From a virus (Duplodnaviria; Caudoviricetes): 44,234 nucleotides of DNA. Shown here in pieces: positions 34,275 through 43,016 of this stretch. The DNA is taken from positions 1-44,234 of IMG/VR virus record IMGVR_UViG_3300033067_000403. The stretch is one strand, 5' to 3'. The position numbers and the translations under genes were made by a program. The notes under the pieces are model-generated. The model saw only the letters and a program-made list of their open reading frames with translations. It was not told the origin of the DNA and ran no database searches. Positions within the stretch are counted from its first letter, which is position 1. Each line of letters starts with the position of its first letter.

Positions 34275-34480
34275 ACGAACGAATTAAAGAATTTAGGTTC
34301 AAGGCCGCTGAATACGCCAACGAACAAAAGCCATTAGGTATCACTAAGTGGAATGAGAAGCGGGATGAAAAGTTCGCCGAGTTGATTGTTCGGGAATGTG
34401 TCAATTCTATACCTCTGGATATGGACCACGTAGAATACCTAAGAGTAATGCGGACTATTAAAAATACATTTCGGAGTTGA
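34271..34480 (+). CDS. MNERIKE/KFAELI family protein, copy 2
   Basis: MNERIKE...EKFAELIVREC. Confidence 0.75.
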   Translation: MNERIKEFRFKAAEYANEQKPLGITKWNEKRDEKFAELIVRECVNSIPLDMDHVEYLRVMRTIKNTFRS

Positions 34481-34483
34481 AAA

Positions 34484-34738
34484 ATGAACAAACGAATTAA
34501 AGAACTTGCTGAACAAGCGTATAGGGCAGAGATGTTGGAGGAGAATCCAGCTTGGAAAGAAAATGAATTCACCGACTTGTTATTGGACGAACTTAAAGTT
34601 CTTTTTGAAAAGTTCGCCGAGTCGATTCTTCAGGAATGTATGGCAAAAGTTTGCGAAGAATTGGATACAAGCTGTAGCAAAGATGGTAAAGAAATATTAA
34701 ATGAGAGAGTATTAAAACATTTCGGAGTTGAAAAATGA
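34484..34738 (+). CDS. MNERIKE/KFAELI family protein, copy 3
   Basis: MNKRIKELAEQ...EKFAESILQEC...KHFGVEK. Confidence 0.75.
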   Translation: MNKRIKELAEQAYRAEMLEENPAWKENEFTDLLLDELKVLFEKFAESILQECMAKVCEELDTSCSKDGKEILNERVLKHFGVEK

Positions 34739-34914
34739 AAGAACAAACATGCCTAATGTGCGATAAACCAGCTGAGTGGATTCGCAGTACTCAATTTGCA
34801 GGTAATCATCCTTTCTGTGATGAACATGCAAGGCAAGAGCAAGGATTTGGAGGCAGCGACTCTTATGAGTACTGGTACGAACTTAAAAAGGAAAGCAATG
34901 AATCTGCATCTTAA
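34735..34914 (+). CDS. Small Zn-finger protein (59 aa)
   Basis: CLMCDKPA.W...FCDEH. Confidence 0.65.
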   Translation: MKEQTCLMCDKPAEWIRSTQFAGNHPFCDEHARQEQGFGGSDSYEYWYELKKESNESAS

Positions 34915-35455
34915 AGAACTGCTAAAGCATCTGGCGTACTATCTTATTTTCCTGTTAGTAACAAGTCTTGTCGTAATCGAATACCAAAACTACTCTGCAA
35001 ATAAACAAGCAGAGACAGCTGAAAAGATTCGAATCGAGAGAATCAAACAGAAAGAAAAAGATTGCATTAAAGCTGCACTATGGCATGAAGCTCGTGGTGA
35101 AGGAGAGCATGGAATTGTAGCTGTTGCCTCTGTGATTGAAAACAGGGTTAACCATCCAGCGTATCCAAGCACGTACTGTGGTGTTATCAATCAACGCAAA
35201 CAATTCAGCTATACACTTGAAGACAAACCTACGGGAATGCGTCTAGAAGCCTCTATAAAGGACTCAGAACGTCCTATGTATACCAAGGTGGCTCTGACAG
35301 CTGAAAGCATGGTAGAAGGCCAATTTGAGCCTGTACTACCTAAGTCTGTAATTTGGTACACAACAACAAAAATTTCAAATTATTGGACCAAAACCAAGAA
35401 AGTCTATGCTACAATTGGCAATCATCGTTTTTACAAAGAAAAGGAACCGAAATGA
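34898..35455 (+). CDS. SleB-like cell wall hydrolase (Hydrolase_2) with N-terminal membrane anchor
   Basis: HEARGE..G..AVA.VI.NRV..P.YP...C.VI.Q.KQFS; IGNHRFY. Confidence 0.88.
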   Translation: MNLHLKELLKHLAYYLIFLLVTSLVVIEYQNYSANKQAETAEKIRIERIKQKEKDCIKAALWHEARGEGEHGIVAVASVIENRVNHPAYPSTYCGVINQRKQFSYTLEDKPTGMRLEASIKDSERPMYTKVALTAESMVEGQFEPVLPKSVIWYTTTKISNYWTKTKKVYATIGNHRFYKEKEPK

Positions 35456-35766
35456 ACAAACCACACAAACATGCAGAAATTATCAAAGCTTGGGCTGATG
35501 GTGCTGATATTGAGTACTATAGTGCGGAACTAGGTTGTTGGCAAGATGTAGTATGTAATTCTCCAATTTGGTATAACGCTTCACAATATAGAGTTAAACC
35601 TATTCCGAAGATCGAGAAAAAATTCATCTTTGCTCAACATTTTGAAAAGAATCCTGAAAAAATTGATGCTAAGATTTGGCCCGAAGGAATGAACCATATC
35701 GATGAAGCGATCATTCAGGTGACACTGACTGATGGTAAAGTAACAGCTGTTGAATTAACTCGTTGA
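35452..35766 (+). CDS. KPHKHA family phage protein, copy 1
   Basis: MNKPHKHAEIIKAWADGADIE...P.W...YRVKP. Confidence 0.8.
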   Translation: MNKPHKHAEIIKAWADGADIEYYSAELGCWQDVVCNSPIWYNASQYRVKPIPKIEKKFIFAQHFEKNPEKIDAKIWPEGMNHIDEAIIQVTLTDGKVTAVELTR

Positions 35767-35777
35767 AAGGAGCTAAA

Positions 35778-36107
35778 ATGAATAAACCCCATAAACACGC
35801 AAAAGAAATTATTGCTTGGGCTAACGGTGCTGAGATTGAATTTCGTCATGAAGAGTGTCATGCATGGAAAACAGCAGATTCCCCTACATGGAACTCACAC
35901 ATTAAATATCGCATCAAACCACAACCAGTAATTAAAAAGATGTATATGCACTACGACTGCATTGAACGAACAGTTGCTACGGAGCTTTTTGACGGACTAC
36001 AAGTTCCTCAACAAATGTATGCTAAAAATCAAGCAATGAGTGATCATCTTGAATTTACATTCACTGACGGTAAACTTACATCTGTCAAGATTGTGAATTG
36101 TGAATAA
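35778..36107 (+). CDS. KPHKHA family phage protein, copy 2
   Basis: MNKPHKHAKEIIAWANGAEIE...P.W...YRIKP...TDGKLT. Confidence 0.8.
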   Translation: MNKPHKHAKEIIAWANGAEIEFRHEECHAWKTADSPTWNSHIKYRIKPQPVIKKMYMHYDCIERTVATELFDGLQVPQQMYAKNQAMSDHLEFTFTDGKLTSVKIVNCE

Positions 36108-36119
36108 ATAACCTTTATT

Positions 36120-36159
36120 TCCCTGTGGGTATATCCTGCAGGGATTTTTGTTGTATAAT
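36120..36159 (+). terminator. Terminator fused to a downstream -10 box
   Basis: TCCCTGTGGG/CCTGCAGGGA stem, T-tract, then TATAAT at 36154. Confidence 0.6.
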
Positions 36160-36184
36160 TGAGGCTTCAACACTAGGAGTTCAA

Positions 36185-36499
36185 ATGAAGACTTACAAAT
36201 TCTACGCTGATCCCGGTCATGGTTGGCTTGCTGTTAAAATTCAAGAGTTACTTGAGTTGGCAATCATTACTCAGATTAGCCCTTATAGCTATGTCCGTGG
36301 TGGCACAGCTTATTTGGAAGAAGATTGTGACGCTGCTTTGTTCTTTAATGCCTACCGTGATAAGCATGGAGTTGATCCAAAACATACTTACACTCATACA
36401 GATACTCGCAGTCCTATCCGCAGTTATGATCGCTACAATACAAACAAAGTAGTTGATCTTGCTTTGCGTAACATGAAAGGAAGTAATAATGTCTGCTAA
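36185..36499 (+). CDS. Conserved phage early protein
   Basis: DPGHGWLAV...IS.YSY...YLEEDCDA motif. Confidence 0.85.
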   Translation: MKTYKFYADPGHGWLAVKIQELLELAIITQISPYSYVRGGTAYLEEDCDAALFFNAYRDKHGVDPKHTYTHTDTRSPIRSYDRYNTNKVVDLALRNMKGSNNVC

Positions 36500-36791
36500 C
36501 ATGACTCTCACTGATCTAGCAAATCTTTTGAATTATGTCCACATGTGGCACTCTCCATTTGCTGCAGGTTCAGGACGAAAAAGTATTAAATACGTAGACC
36601 CTCACATCGATATGCGAGATGGTAAGTGCTTTAGTATTACTTTCCGTACATATGGCGGTGAATTCAACTTTAATACAACAAATGAGAACAGAAATAATCC
36701 AAAAAGTCTGTTGAAACGCTGCACGGACTGGTTAGATTTTGATATAATCGAGACTTCAACAACTGGAGAGACTGATGCTGACAATGCGTGA
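36489..36791 (+). CDS. Hypothetical protein
   Basis: 100 aa ORF in operon. Confidence 0.7.
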   Translation: MSANMTLTDLANLLNYVHMWHSPFAAGSGRKSIKYVDPHIDMRDGKCFSITFRTYGGEFNFNTTNENRNNPKSLLKRCTDWLDFDIIETSTTGETDADNA

Positions 36792-37032
36792 TGAAAATAT
36801 CGGTGAGTTTCAAGAGTGCGAGTACGGTAATTACTTCACTTATCGTTACACCAGTAATACTTGGGCTATACTTCAAGGACTTCCACACGAAGTTGATGTA
36901 GGCGATGGTGGTGTGCGTTTTGCTCGTGTGTTGAAAACAGTAGTTCACTTATGCGTTGATGAGGATGCAGAAGGTAAAGCTCTTATTGATAAGTGGCAAA
37001 TCAAGAAACACAATATTTATACAAAGGATTAA
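36775..37032 (+). CDS. Hypothetical protein
   Basis: 85 aa, GGAG RBS. Confidence 0.7.
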   Translation: MLTMRDENIGEFQECEYGNYFTYRYTSNTWAILQGLPHEVDVGDGGVRFARVLKTVVHLCVDEDAEGKALIDKWQIKKHNIYTKD

Positions 37033-37033
37033 T

Positions 37034-37144
37034 ATGTTTTTAGCTCTGTTTGGATTTTTTATGGCATGCGCTTATGCTGCACCTTGGTGGGTGTTTGTGA
37101 TCGGTGCGTTGTGTTTAATTATTGATAATGAGGATTTAAAATGA
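37034..37144 (+). CDS. Small membrane peptide (36 aa)
   Basis: MFLALFGFFMACAYAAPWWVFVIG; AAGGA RBS. Confidence 0.6.
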   Translation: MFLALFGFFMACAYAAPWWVFVIGALCLIIDNEDLK

Positions 37145-37473
37145 AAAAAGATATAAATGTCAATTCATATTACGTAAGTCTATATGATCTATTGGACGGA
37201 AATACACCGGAACAAGTAAAGACAGAACTAGATTCTATTCTTAATGAATATATTGTAAATATCCGAGAAGGATGTAAGCTTACATTTGATGTTAGGCAAG
37301 GATACGATAATGAAACAGAAGTGTATCTACTTGTTACTCGAAAAGAGACAGATCAAGAGTATGCAGAGCGTTTAGATGAAGAAAAAACTGTCAAAGACAA
37401 AGCAAAAGCTTCACGCCTTAAGGAATATTTACGACTAAAAGCTGAGTTTGAAGGAGATAGTAATGGCACATGA
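37141..37473 (+). CDS. Hypothetical protein
   Basis: R.ETDQEYAERL...EYLRLKAEFE tail. Confidence 0.8.
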   Translation: MKKDINVNSYYVSLYDLLDGNTPEQVKTELDSILNEYIVNIREGCKLTFDVRQGYDNETEVYLLVTRKETDQEYAERLDEEKTVKDKAKASRLKEYLRLKAEFEGDSNGT

Positions 37474-37681
37474 TGCAGGTAAAGGCTCACGGCCTCGTCC
37501 TTATAGTATTCCACAAGAGGAATACACCAGTCGTTTGGATGCTATCTTTAAAAAGCAACAGCAAGAGAACACTGCAGAACCGTCTTGTCCAGTTTGTTCT
37601 GGTACAATGCACACGCAAGAGAATTGGAAGTTTTTCTATTGCAACAACGCAGACTGCAGTGGCATGATTCATAAAGGTTGA
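37463..37681 (+). CDS. Small protein with GKGSRPRP motif and Zn ribbon
   Basis: GKGSRPRP...IF; CPVC...CNNADC. Confidence 0.7.
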   Translation: MAHDAGKGSRPRPYSIPQEEYTSRLDAIFKKQQQENTAEPSCPVCSGTMHTQENWKFFYCNNADCSGMIHKG

Positions 37682-37753
37682 TAAATTTGTAGGGTTATTC
37701 GTTAAGCCTTAAAAGTTATGCTACAATTGAGGCTTCAACACACAGGAGTTATT

Positions 37754-38203
37754 ATGCGAAAGATTCAAGCTGTCTACCGTGGTGCAACTTCCGAAACTGG
37801 CAATGAAACCAAAGATTGCACTGTTCGTGCTTTGGCAAATGCAACAGAGATGCCTTACGAGAAAGCTCACGCTCTCTTGAAAAAGCACGGACGTAAGGAT
37901 CGCAAAGGCGCTTTCTTCCCTACAATGCAAGCTGCCTATCAAGAAGCTGGCTTTGCATTGTATGGTGTCTACGGTACGACTCGTGCGGCTCGTTATACGG
38001 CTCGTATTAGCAATCGAGAGGCACAGACTGGTATCACCTTGGCAAAACTCCTGCCTAAGCTTGGTTTTGGTGAATACATCGTCAATACAACTGGTCACGC
38101 TGTTGCTGTTGTCAATGGCAAGATCATCGATACGTTTGACAATCCAGCTGGAAAGCGAGTTATCGCTGTCTTCAAAAAAGTCGAAAATAATTTCGGCATT
38201 TGA
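37754..38203 (+). CDS. Putative papain-fold (peptidase C39-like) protein
   Basis: DCTVRALA...GHAVAVVNG.IID, possible Cys-His-Asp triad; AGGAG RBS. Confidence 0.6.
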   Translation: MRKIQAVYRGATSETGNETKDCTVRALANATEMPYEKAHALLKKHGRKDRKGAFFPTMQAAYQEAGFALYGVYGTTRAARYTARISNREAQTGITLAKLLPKLGFGEYIVNTTGHAVAVVNGKIIDTFDNPAGKRVIAVFKKVENNFGI

Positions 38204-38249
38204 TCAAAACTGTGCTACAATCAAGTCTTCAACAACTGAAAGGAATCAT

Positions 38250-38513
38250 ATGTCTAGCTCTAAAGTTTTCGCCTCTTTGATCGAACAATCCAACGGTAAG
38301 ATGGTTACTGTATCCTTTATCAAAAAGGACGGTTCATTGCGTGTTTTGAATGGTCGCCTTGGTGTCAAGAAGTATCTCAAAGGTGGTAAGATCAATACCA
38401 ATACCGATGAATACATCAACATCTATGATGTAAAAAACCAAGGTTATCGCAGCATCAACCGTAGCACTATCGTGGCTTTGCGTATGCAAGGTATCGAAGC
38501 AGTCGCTATCTAA
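38250..38513 (+). CDS. SH3-like beta-barrel phage protein
   Basis: VTVSFIKKDGSLR...YD....GYRSI. Confidence 0.75.
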   Translation: MSSSKVFASLIEQSNGKMVTVSFIKKDGSLRVLNGRLGVKKYLKGGKINTNTDEYINIYDVKNQGYRSINRSTIVALRMQGIEAVAI

Positions 38514-38525
38514 TAAGGAACAACC

Positions 38526-38891
38526 ATGTCTCAAACGCCACTATATCCTCGTCCATTGACTACTGCTGAACGCATTGACTTGCGTAATCAGTTGTTGATC
38601 TGTGCAGAAAATTACTTCGATGGAATTCTGACTGCAAGTACTACTTGTGGTATCTGCAATGCTCTTGCAACTCAAACAGGAGAAGATAAATACTACTACT
38701 TGATGGAGTGTTTGCTATCTGAATTGTTTAAAAAACATACTACAATGCTTGGTGAATATACCAATACACCGGCAGAGTGGGAAGGTCGAGCCTATATGTG
38801 CTTGTTCCTTGCAGAATACCTGCAGGATACAATCGAAGGCAGAACTTACGAAGTTATTGCTGCTAAAAAACCTTGGTACATCTTCTGGTAA
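38526..38891 (+). CDS. Hypothetical protein
   Basis: 121 aa, RBS, ends KKPWYIFW. Confidence 0.75.
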   Translation: MSQTPLYPRPLTTAERIDLRNQLLICAENYFDGILTASTTCGICNALATQTGEDKYYYLMECLLSELFKKHTTMLGEYTNTPAEWEGRAYMCLFLAEYLQDTIEGRTYEVIAAKKPWYIFW

Positions 38892-38905
38892 TTGAAAGGA
38901 AAATC

Positions 38906-39226
38906 ATGAAAAGCTCTAAAATTCTCGAAAGTGCTAAAGCTCAACTGCCTGACTCATTCGAATTTAAGCACGATAACCGTGTATCACCCTATATTTGTGA
39001 TCACATTATGGAAGTTGGTTATGACCATAATCAAGTGGCAAAAGCCCGACAGATTAAGAACAAAATCAGTGAATTAATTGGTCATCAGTTCTCTCTTGCA
39101 GATTGGGTTATTTCTCAAGGTTATGCAACATCCGAGGAAATCTATGGTAATCCTAAGAAAATGCAACAGACTCGTAAGAATTTCATTGACGATTTGATCA
39201 AGTATTACAAGCAACAAGGGGATTAA
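38906..39226 (+). CDS. Hypothetical protein
   Basis: ATG behind AAAGGA. Confidence 0.75.
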   Translation: MKSSKILESAKAQLPDSFEFKHDNRVSPYICDHIMEVGYDHNQVAKARQIKNKISELIGHQFSLADWVISQGYATSEEIYGNPKKMQQTRKNFIDDLIKYYKQQGD

Positions 39227-39227
39227 T

Positions 39228-39581
39228 ATGCAGACACCTACTATCGCTGAAATCTTGCATTATGCAGCTGACAAGAGACTTGCTTCAAAACGTTCAGAGT
39301 ATTGGATGCACTCCAATTATTCGATGCACTCCAATGTTAATAAAGAAAAATTTTCTTGCTGTGCAATGCATGAAGCTGTCAGGGATTTGTGCTATAATCT
39401 AGATTGGGAGCAGCGTGATGCACTGATTCAAAGAATTGAGACAGGGTTAAAAAACATGGGTTGTCCTACTGGATCAATCAATGCTTTTGAGGACCACTAT
39501 GAATTCAATTCAGAAAATCAACAGTCTCGTTATGTGTGGTTAAAATTTGCTGCTAAAATGGCAGAAGAACAAGGAGTCTAA
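39228..39581 (+). CDS. Hypothetical protein
   Basis: 117 aa ORF in operon. Confidence 0.75.
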   Translation: MQTPTIAEILHYAADKRLASKRSEYWMHSNYSMHSNVNKEKFSCCAMHEAVRDLCYNLDWEQRDALIQRIETGLKNMGCPTGSINAFEDHYEFNSENQQSRYVWLKFAAKMAEEQGV

Positions 39582-39582
39582 A

Positions 39583-39807
39583 ATGAAAGTAGAAACAGTA
39601 CCTGCATCTTTTACACCAGTATCTATTCAGATTACTTTTGAAAGTGCCGAAGAATTGGATATGTTTGTGCAGGTTGTCGGATATAATGAATCAATCCCCG
39701 CATTGGTAACAAGACACTTGTCGAAAGATAGACAAGAGAAATACAACCTCTGTAGTGAGCTGCTTAGTGCATTGCACCGTAAATCAGTTTTTCTGTCCAA
39801 CAAATGA
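39583..39807 (+). CDS. Hypothetical protein
   Basis: FTPVSIQITFES..E motif, AAGGAG RBS. Confidence 0.7.
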   Translation: MKVETVPASFTPVSIQITFESAEELDMFVQVVGYNESIPALVTRHLSKDRQEKYNLCSELLSALHRKSVFLSNK

Positions 39808-39932
39808 GCAAGAAAATCAAAAAGAATAAGCTCAAGCAGAGAAATCATCTTGTAGCTATTGTCATGCGTAAATCTGTGCAAAAGCATAAGAATCGCAAGC
39901 GTGAAGCTAAAAATCAACATAAGGAGGATTAA
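39804..39932 (+). CDS. Small basic protein (42 aa)
   Basis: MSKKIKKNKLKQRN..VA...HKNRKRE. Confidence 0.6.
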   Translation: MSKKIKKNKLKQRNHLVAIVMRKSVQKHKNRKREAKNQHKED

Positions 39933-39934
39933 TC

Positions 39935-40093
39935 ATGGGTTCAGGTGATCGGCTTACATTTGGTAATTCCAATGGCTTTGGCCTAGGTCTTTACTACCAC
40001 AAGTTTCCATTCAAGCACACCATCAACATCAATTTGCTGTTCTGGTATGTCAGTATTGGTATTGGTCAAGCATACGATGATTACGCATCTTAA
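39935..40093 (+). CDS. Small hypothetical protein (52 aa)
   Basis: MGSGDRLTFG...; AGGAGG RBS. Confidence 0.6.
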   Translation: MGSGDRLTFGNSNGFGLGLYYHKFPFKHTININLLFWYVSIGIGQAYDDYAS

Positions 40094-40565
40094 ACATACT
40101 AAAGGTGATCTGCTGGCTTTGGCTCGTGCAGGTCACTTTAACTGCATTGTACAGGGCTGTAATTGCTTTTGTACAATGGGCAGTGGTATCGCCAAGCAAA
40201 TCAAGCAAGAGTATCCAGAGGCCTATGCAGTAGATTGCGAGACAGTAAAAGGTGATCGCAACAAGCTAGGGACTTACTCTGTAATGCTAGGTAAGCAGTT
40301 CAATATCATCAATGCCTATACACAGTACGATTACAACCGCAAAGGTCAAGCTGTCCAAGATCACTTTGATTACAAGGCCTTTGGTTCTGTACTTCGCAAA
40401 CTAGAAAGTAGATACGAAGGTTGTCATTTTGGCTTTCCTTACATTGGGATGGGCCTTGCAGGTGGAAATAAAGAAAGAATTTTAGCGATGCTGGAGATTT
40501 TTGCTTGCAATATGAGTTATACTGGAGGCTCTGTAACACTCGTTGAATACGAAAAGGAGAAATGA
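40077..40565 (+). CDS. Macrodomain (ADP-ribose binding/hydrolase) protein
   Basis: KGDLL, IVQGCNC..TMGSGIA, NAYTQ, FPYIGMGLAGG. Confidence 0.88.
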   Translation: MITHLKHTKGDLLALARAGHFNCIVQGCNCFCTMGSGIAKQIKQEYPEAYAVDCETVKGDRNKLGTYSVMLGKQFNIINAYTQYDYNRKGQAVQDHFDYKAFGSVLRKLESRYEGCHFGFPYIGMGLAGGNKERILAMLEIFACNMSYTGGSVTLVEYEKEK

Positions 40566-40566
40566 A

Positions 40567-40785
40567 ATGAAATTTAGTACTAATCTTGAATTGGCTTATC
40601 TTGATCTAATCAATGAAGTCGCTAGTGTCAATGCCAAAGCTGCAGTCTATATGCTGACTGATATGCGTCAACTTCCTAGTTTTGAACCTTGTGGTCAACT
40701 ATCAGCTATTGTCTTTTGGGACCAGACAGAGCAAGGTACAGACTACTGGTTCGAAATCATGCAACAAATCGGTCAAAATTTTTAA
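40567..40785 (+). CDS. Hypothetical protein
   Basis: W..T.QG.DYW motif. Confidence 0.75.
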   Translation: MKFSTNLELAYLDLINEVASVNAKAAVYMLTDMRQLPSFEPCGQLSAIVFWDQTEQGTDYWFEIMQQIGQNF

Positions 40786-40794
40786 GGAGTTAAT

Positions 40795-41865
40795 ATGAAG
40801 AAAATCATCGTTGCGTTTATGCTTGGCTTGTCTATGTTGTTTATGCAAGCGCATGCAGAGCCTACTTTTAATCAAGTACAGACCTTGATCGCTCAACAAG
40901 AATACCGAGCAGCTGAAAAAGGCCTTGAAGAAATTATTAAGAACCATCCAAACTCAGCTAAAGCGTTCTATGCTATGGCTCAGGCTCAAGCTGGTCTTGG
41001 CAATCTAACCAAGGCTCAACACGCTCTTGATAAGGCTATGGGTCTTAATCCAGCATTAGACTTTGCACCGCAATCTAGTGTAGAAAATCTAAAGCAAGCT
41101 ATTCACCCTCAGGTGGCTAAGATTGAAACAATTGAAGAAAGTCACTTCTGGCGTAATGTTTTCTTGATTATTTTGCTCGGAGTAATTGGTTACGTTGGTT
41201 ACGTAATGTACGATAATCACCAGAAGAGTAAGAAACGCCAAGCTCAAATTGAGAAAGAAGCTCAAGAGCGATATGCAGAATACAAGCGCAAATTGTATGA
41301 GACTAAGCCGAAAAACGAAGTTAAAACTGAACTAAAAACTCCTGTAGTATCTTCTGGTTTTGCATCGGTTAAACCTACTCCAGCAAAGGATGAACGCATT
41401 TATGCCGGTGGTAGTCCAAGTATACCAACACCTGTACCTATTCAAAAGACCGAAGTGCGTACAAGCCCAAGCGGTTATAATGCAAGTCCTGCAGTAACTC
41501 CTGCACCTGTAGTTGTAAATAATACAACCAGCAATAATTCAGCGACTGATTTTATGCTAGGTGCTATGATGGGCCATGTTCTTACTGCTAATAATAGCAG
41601 CCATAAAGAAGTAGTACGAGAAAGAGTAATTGAACGAGAGGTTCCAACTGAGACTAAATCAAGCTCATGGGACGATACCCCAAGTACTCCAAGTCGTAGC
41701 TCTACGTGGGATTCAGACAGTCCTAGCAAGCGTTCTAGCTCTTGGGATGATGATAGTAGCTCTAGCTCTAAATCAAGCTCTAGCTGGTCCTCTAGTAGCT
41801 CTGATAGTAGTTCATCGTGGGACTCAGGTTCATCTAGTTCTAGCTCTAGTTCTAGTTGGGATTGA
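40795..41865 (+). CDS. TPR-containing membrane protein with Ser-rich SSWD tail
   Basis: Signal peptide (AHA), TPR-like HPNSAKAFY...A..AL.KA..LNP, TM helix, low-complexity tail. Confidence 0.8.
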   Translation: MKKIIVAFMLGLSMLFMQAHAEPTFNQVQTLIAQQEYRAAEKGLEEIIKNHPNSAKAFYAMAQAQAGLGNLTKAQHALDKAMGLNPALDFAPQSSVENLKQAIHPQVAKIETIEESHFWRNVFLIILLGVIGYVGYVMYDNHQKSKKRQAQIEKEAQERYAEYKRKLYETKPKNEVKTELKTPVVSSGFASVKPTPAKDERIYAGGSPSIPTPVPIQKTEVRTSPSGYNASPAVTPAPVVVNNTTSNNSATDFMLGAMMGHVLTANNSSHKEVVRERVIEREVPTETKSSSWDDTPSTPSRSSTWDSDSPSKRSSSWDDDSSSSSKSSSSWSSSSSDSSSSWDSGSSSSSSSSSWD

Positions 41866-41878
41866 TAGGAGAGAAGAC

Positions 41879-41977
41879 ATGTTTCTGTTACAATTTATTT
41901 TCGGAATCGGTCTTCTCTGTGTTATACTTGCATCTGGATATGTAGGATATAAACTAGGGAAAAGGAAAAGCAAATGA
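41879..41977 (+). CDS. Small membrane peptide (32 aa)
   Basis: Hydrophobic, AGGAG RBS. Confidence 0.55.
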   Translation: MFLLQFIFGIGLLCVILASGYVGYKLGKRKSK

Positions 41978-42177
41978 ACATTACATACAACTCAATAGAT
42001 GGTAAATTCTTCTATGAAATGCAGAAAGAGGAATTGCTGGAGGCTATTGCAGTGATCGACAAGCAAATCAAAAGCTATACCAAAAGCATTTCAGGCATCT
42101 GTATCTCTGATCAAGAGCGACAGACTGAATTAATGCAAGCGCATCAAAACTGCAATTTCAACTTGAATAAATTTTGA
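41974..42177 (+). CDS. Hypothetical protein
   Basis: 67 aa ORF, ATGA overlap. Confidence 0.65.
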   Translation: MNITYNSIDGKFFYEMQKEELLEAIAVIDKQIKSYTKSISGICISDQERQTELMQAHQNCNFNLNKF

Positions 42178-42235
42178 AGTTGTAAGCTCAAGGTAAGATT
42201 TGCATGTATAATTGAGGTATCAACAACTGGAGAAG

Positions 42236-42532
42236 ATGATGAAAGCTTACAAACACCTCGTTAAACATGCTCTTGCCTTGGGTCATACTATCAGTGTTTG
42301 GGACGGTGAAGAGTGGCAGGTAAGTCACAGCACAAAGTACCAAAATATCATTGATGCGATTGAATCCGTAGAGGAAGCAAACGTAGTTATTCGGCTTGCT
42401 ATTGGTGGTGAACGCATTGGATGGGCACAAGTGCTTCCATATGGTCTTGAAGATGATGAAACAGTTGTAGATTACATTTGCAGTGATTTTATGGAAAATT
42501 GGTATGCAGAGTACGAAAAAACCGTGGTATAA
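42236..42532 (+). CDS. Conserved phage early protein
   Basis: ISVWDGEEW...I..AIESVEE...E.VVDY; behind a promoter module. Confidence 0.8.
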   Translation: MMKAYKHLVKHALALGHTISVWDGEEWQVSHSTKYQNIIDAIESVEEANVVIRLAIGGERIGWAQVLPYGLEDDETVVDYICSDFMENWYAEYEKTVV

Positions 42533-42565
42533 TTCAAGCTCAACAACTGGATTGGAAAGATTGAA

Positions 42566-42811
42566 ATGAAATGCAAATACAACGAAGGTTCTAACTTTGA
42601 TCGTAAAGGTCAATGGGTTATTGCAAAGTATCTTGATCAAGCATGGGTAACTGGTACTGTAATGGAGACTCGTGTAAAATACGGTGGTAAAGTACAGCAT
42701 AGTATTTTGAGTGATTCACCAACTTACGTTAATGAAAAATTGCGAGAAGCTGGTGATCATTTCCTAGTGCTAGAAGAAAATGTAACAGAAGCTCAAATGG
42801 TGATTGCATGA
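42566..42811 (+). CDS. Hypothetical protein
   Basis: G.V.ETRVKYGGKVQH motif. Confidence 0.75.
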   Translation: MKCKYNEGSNFDRKGQWVIAKYLDQAWVTGTVMETRVKYGGKVQHSILSDSPTYVNEKLREAGDHFLVLEENVTEAQMVIA

Positions 42812-42978
42812 ATTTGTACAGGAAAATGCACGACCCTTTCTTTCTTACTTGTGCTAAACACAGAATGGAGCATTTTCTGATGGTATTGTCAGAAGAGCAT
42901 CTAGCAAGGCACATGTGGGCAACAGAGGATGAAATCAAGGATTTTACACTGGCTTATATGGCTGGTGGTGAATTGTAA
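42808..42978 (+). CDS. Small hypothetical protein (56 aa)
   Basis: MNLYRKMHDPFF...; ATGA overlap. Confidence 0.5.
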   Translation: MNLYRKMHDPFFLTCAKHRMEHFLMVLSEEHLARHMWATEDEIKDFTLAYMAGGEL

Positions 42979-43016
42979 GAGTTTGTAACAGAGCAAATAC
43001 TTCAGCAATTCTTTGC

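Noticed and set aside
39305-39335. GATGCACTCCAAT duplicated with an 18-nt period (MHSN twice)
   Set aside because: Simple in-frame micro-duplication with no further structure
39388-39402. TGTGCTATAATCTAG resembling the early promoter module inside an ORF
   Set aside because: Lacks the downstream leader and RBS; may be coincidental coding sequence
41655-41865. TCTAGC/TCTAGT-rich DNA repeat
   Set aside because: Explained by the poly-Ser coding tail
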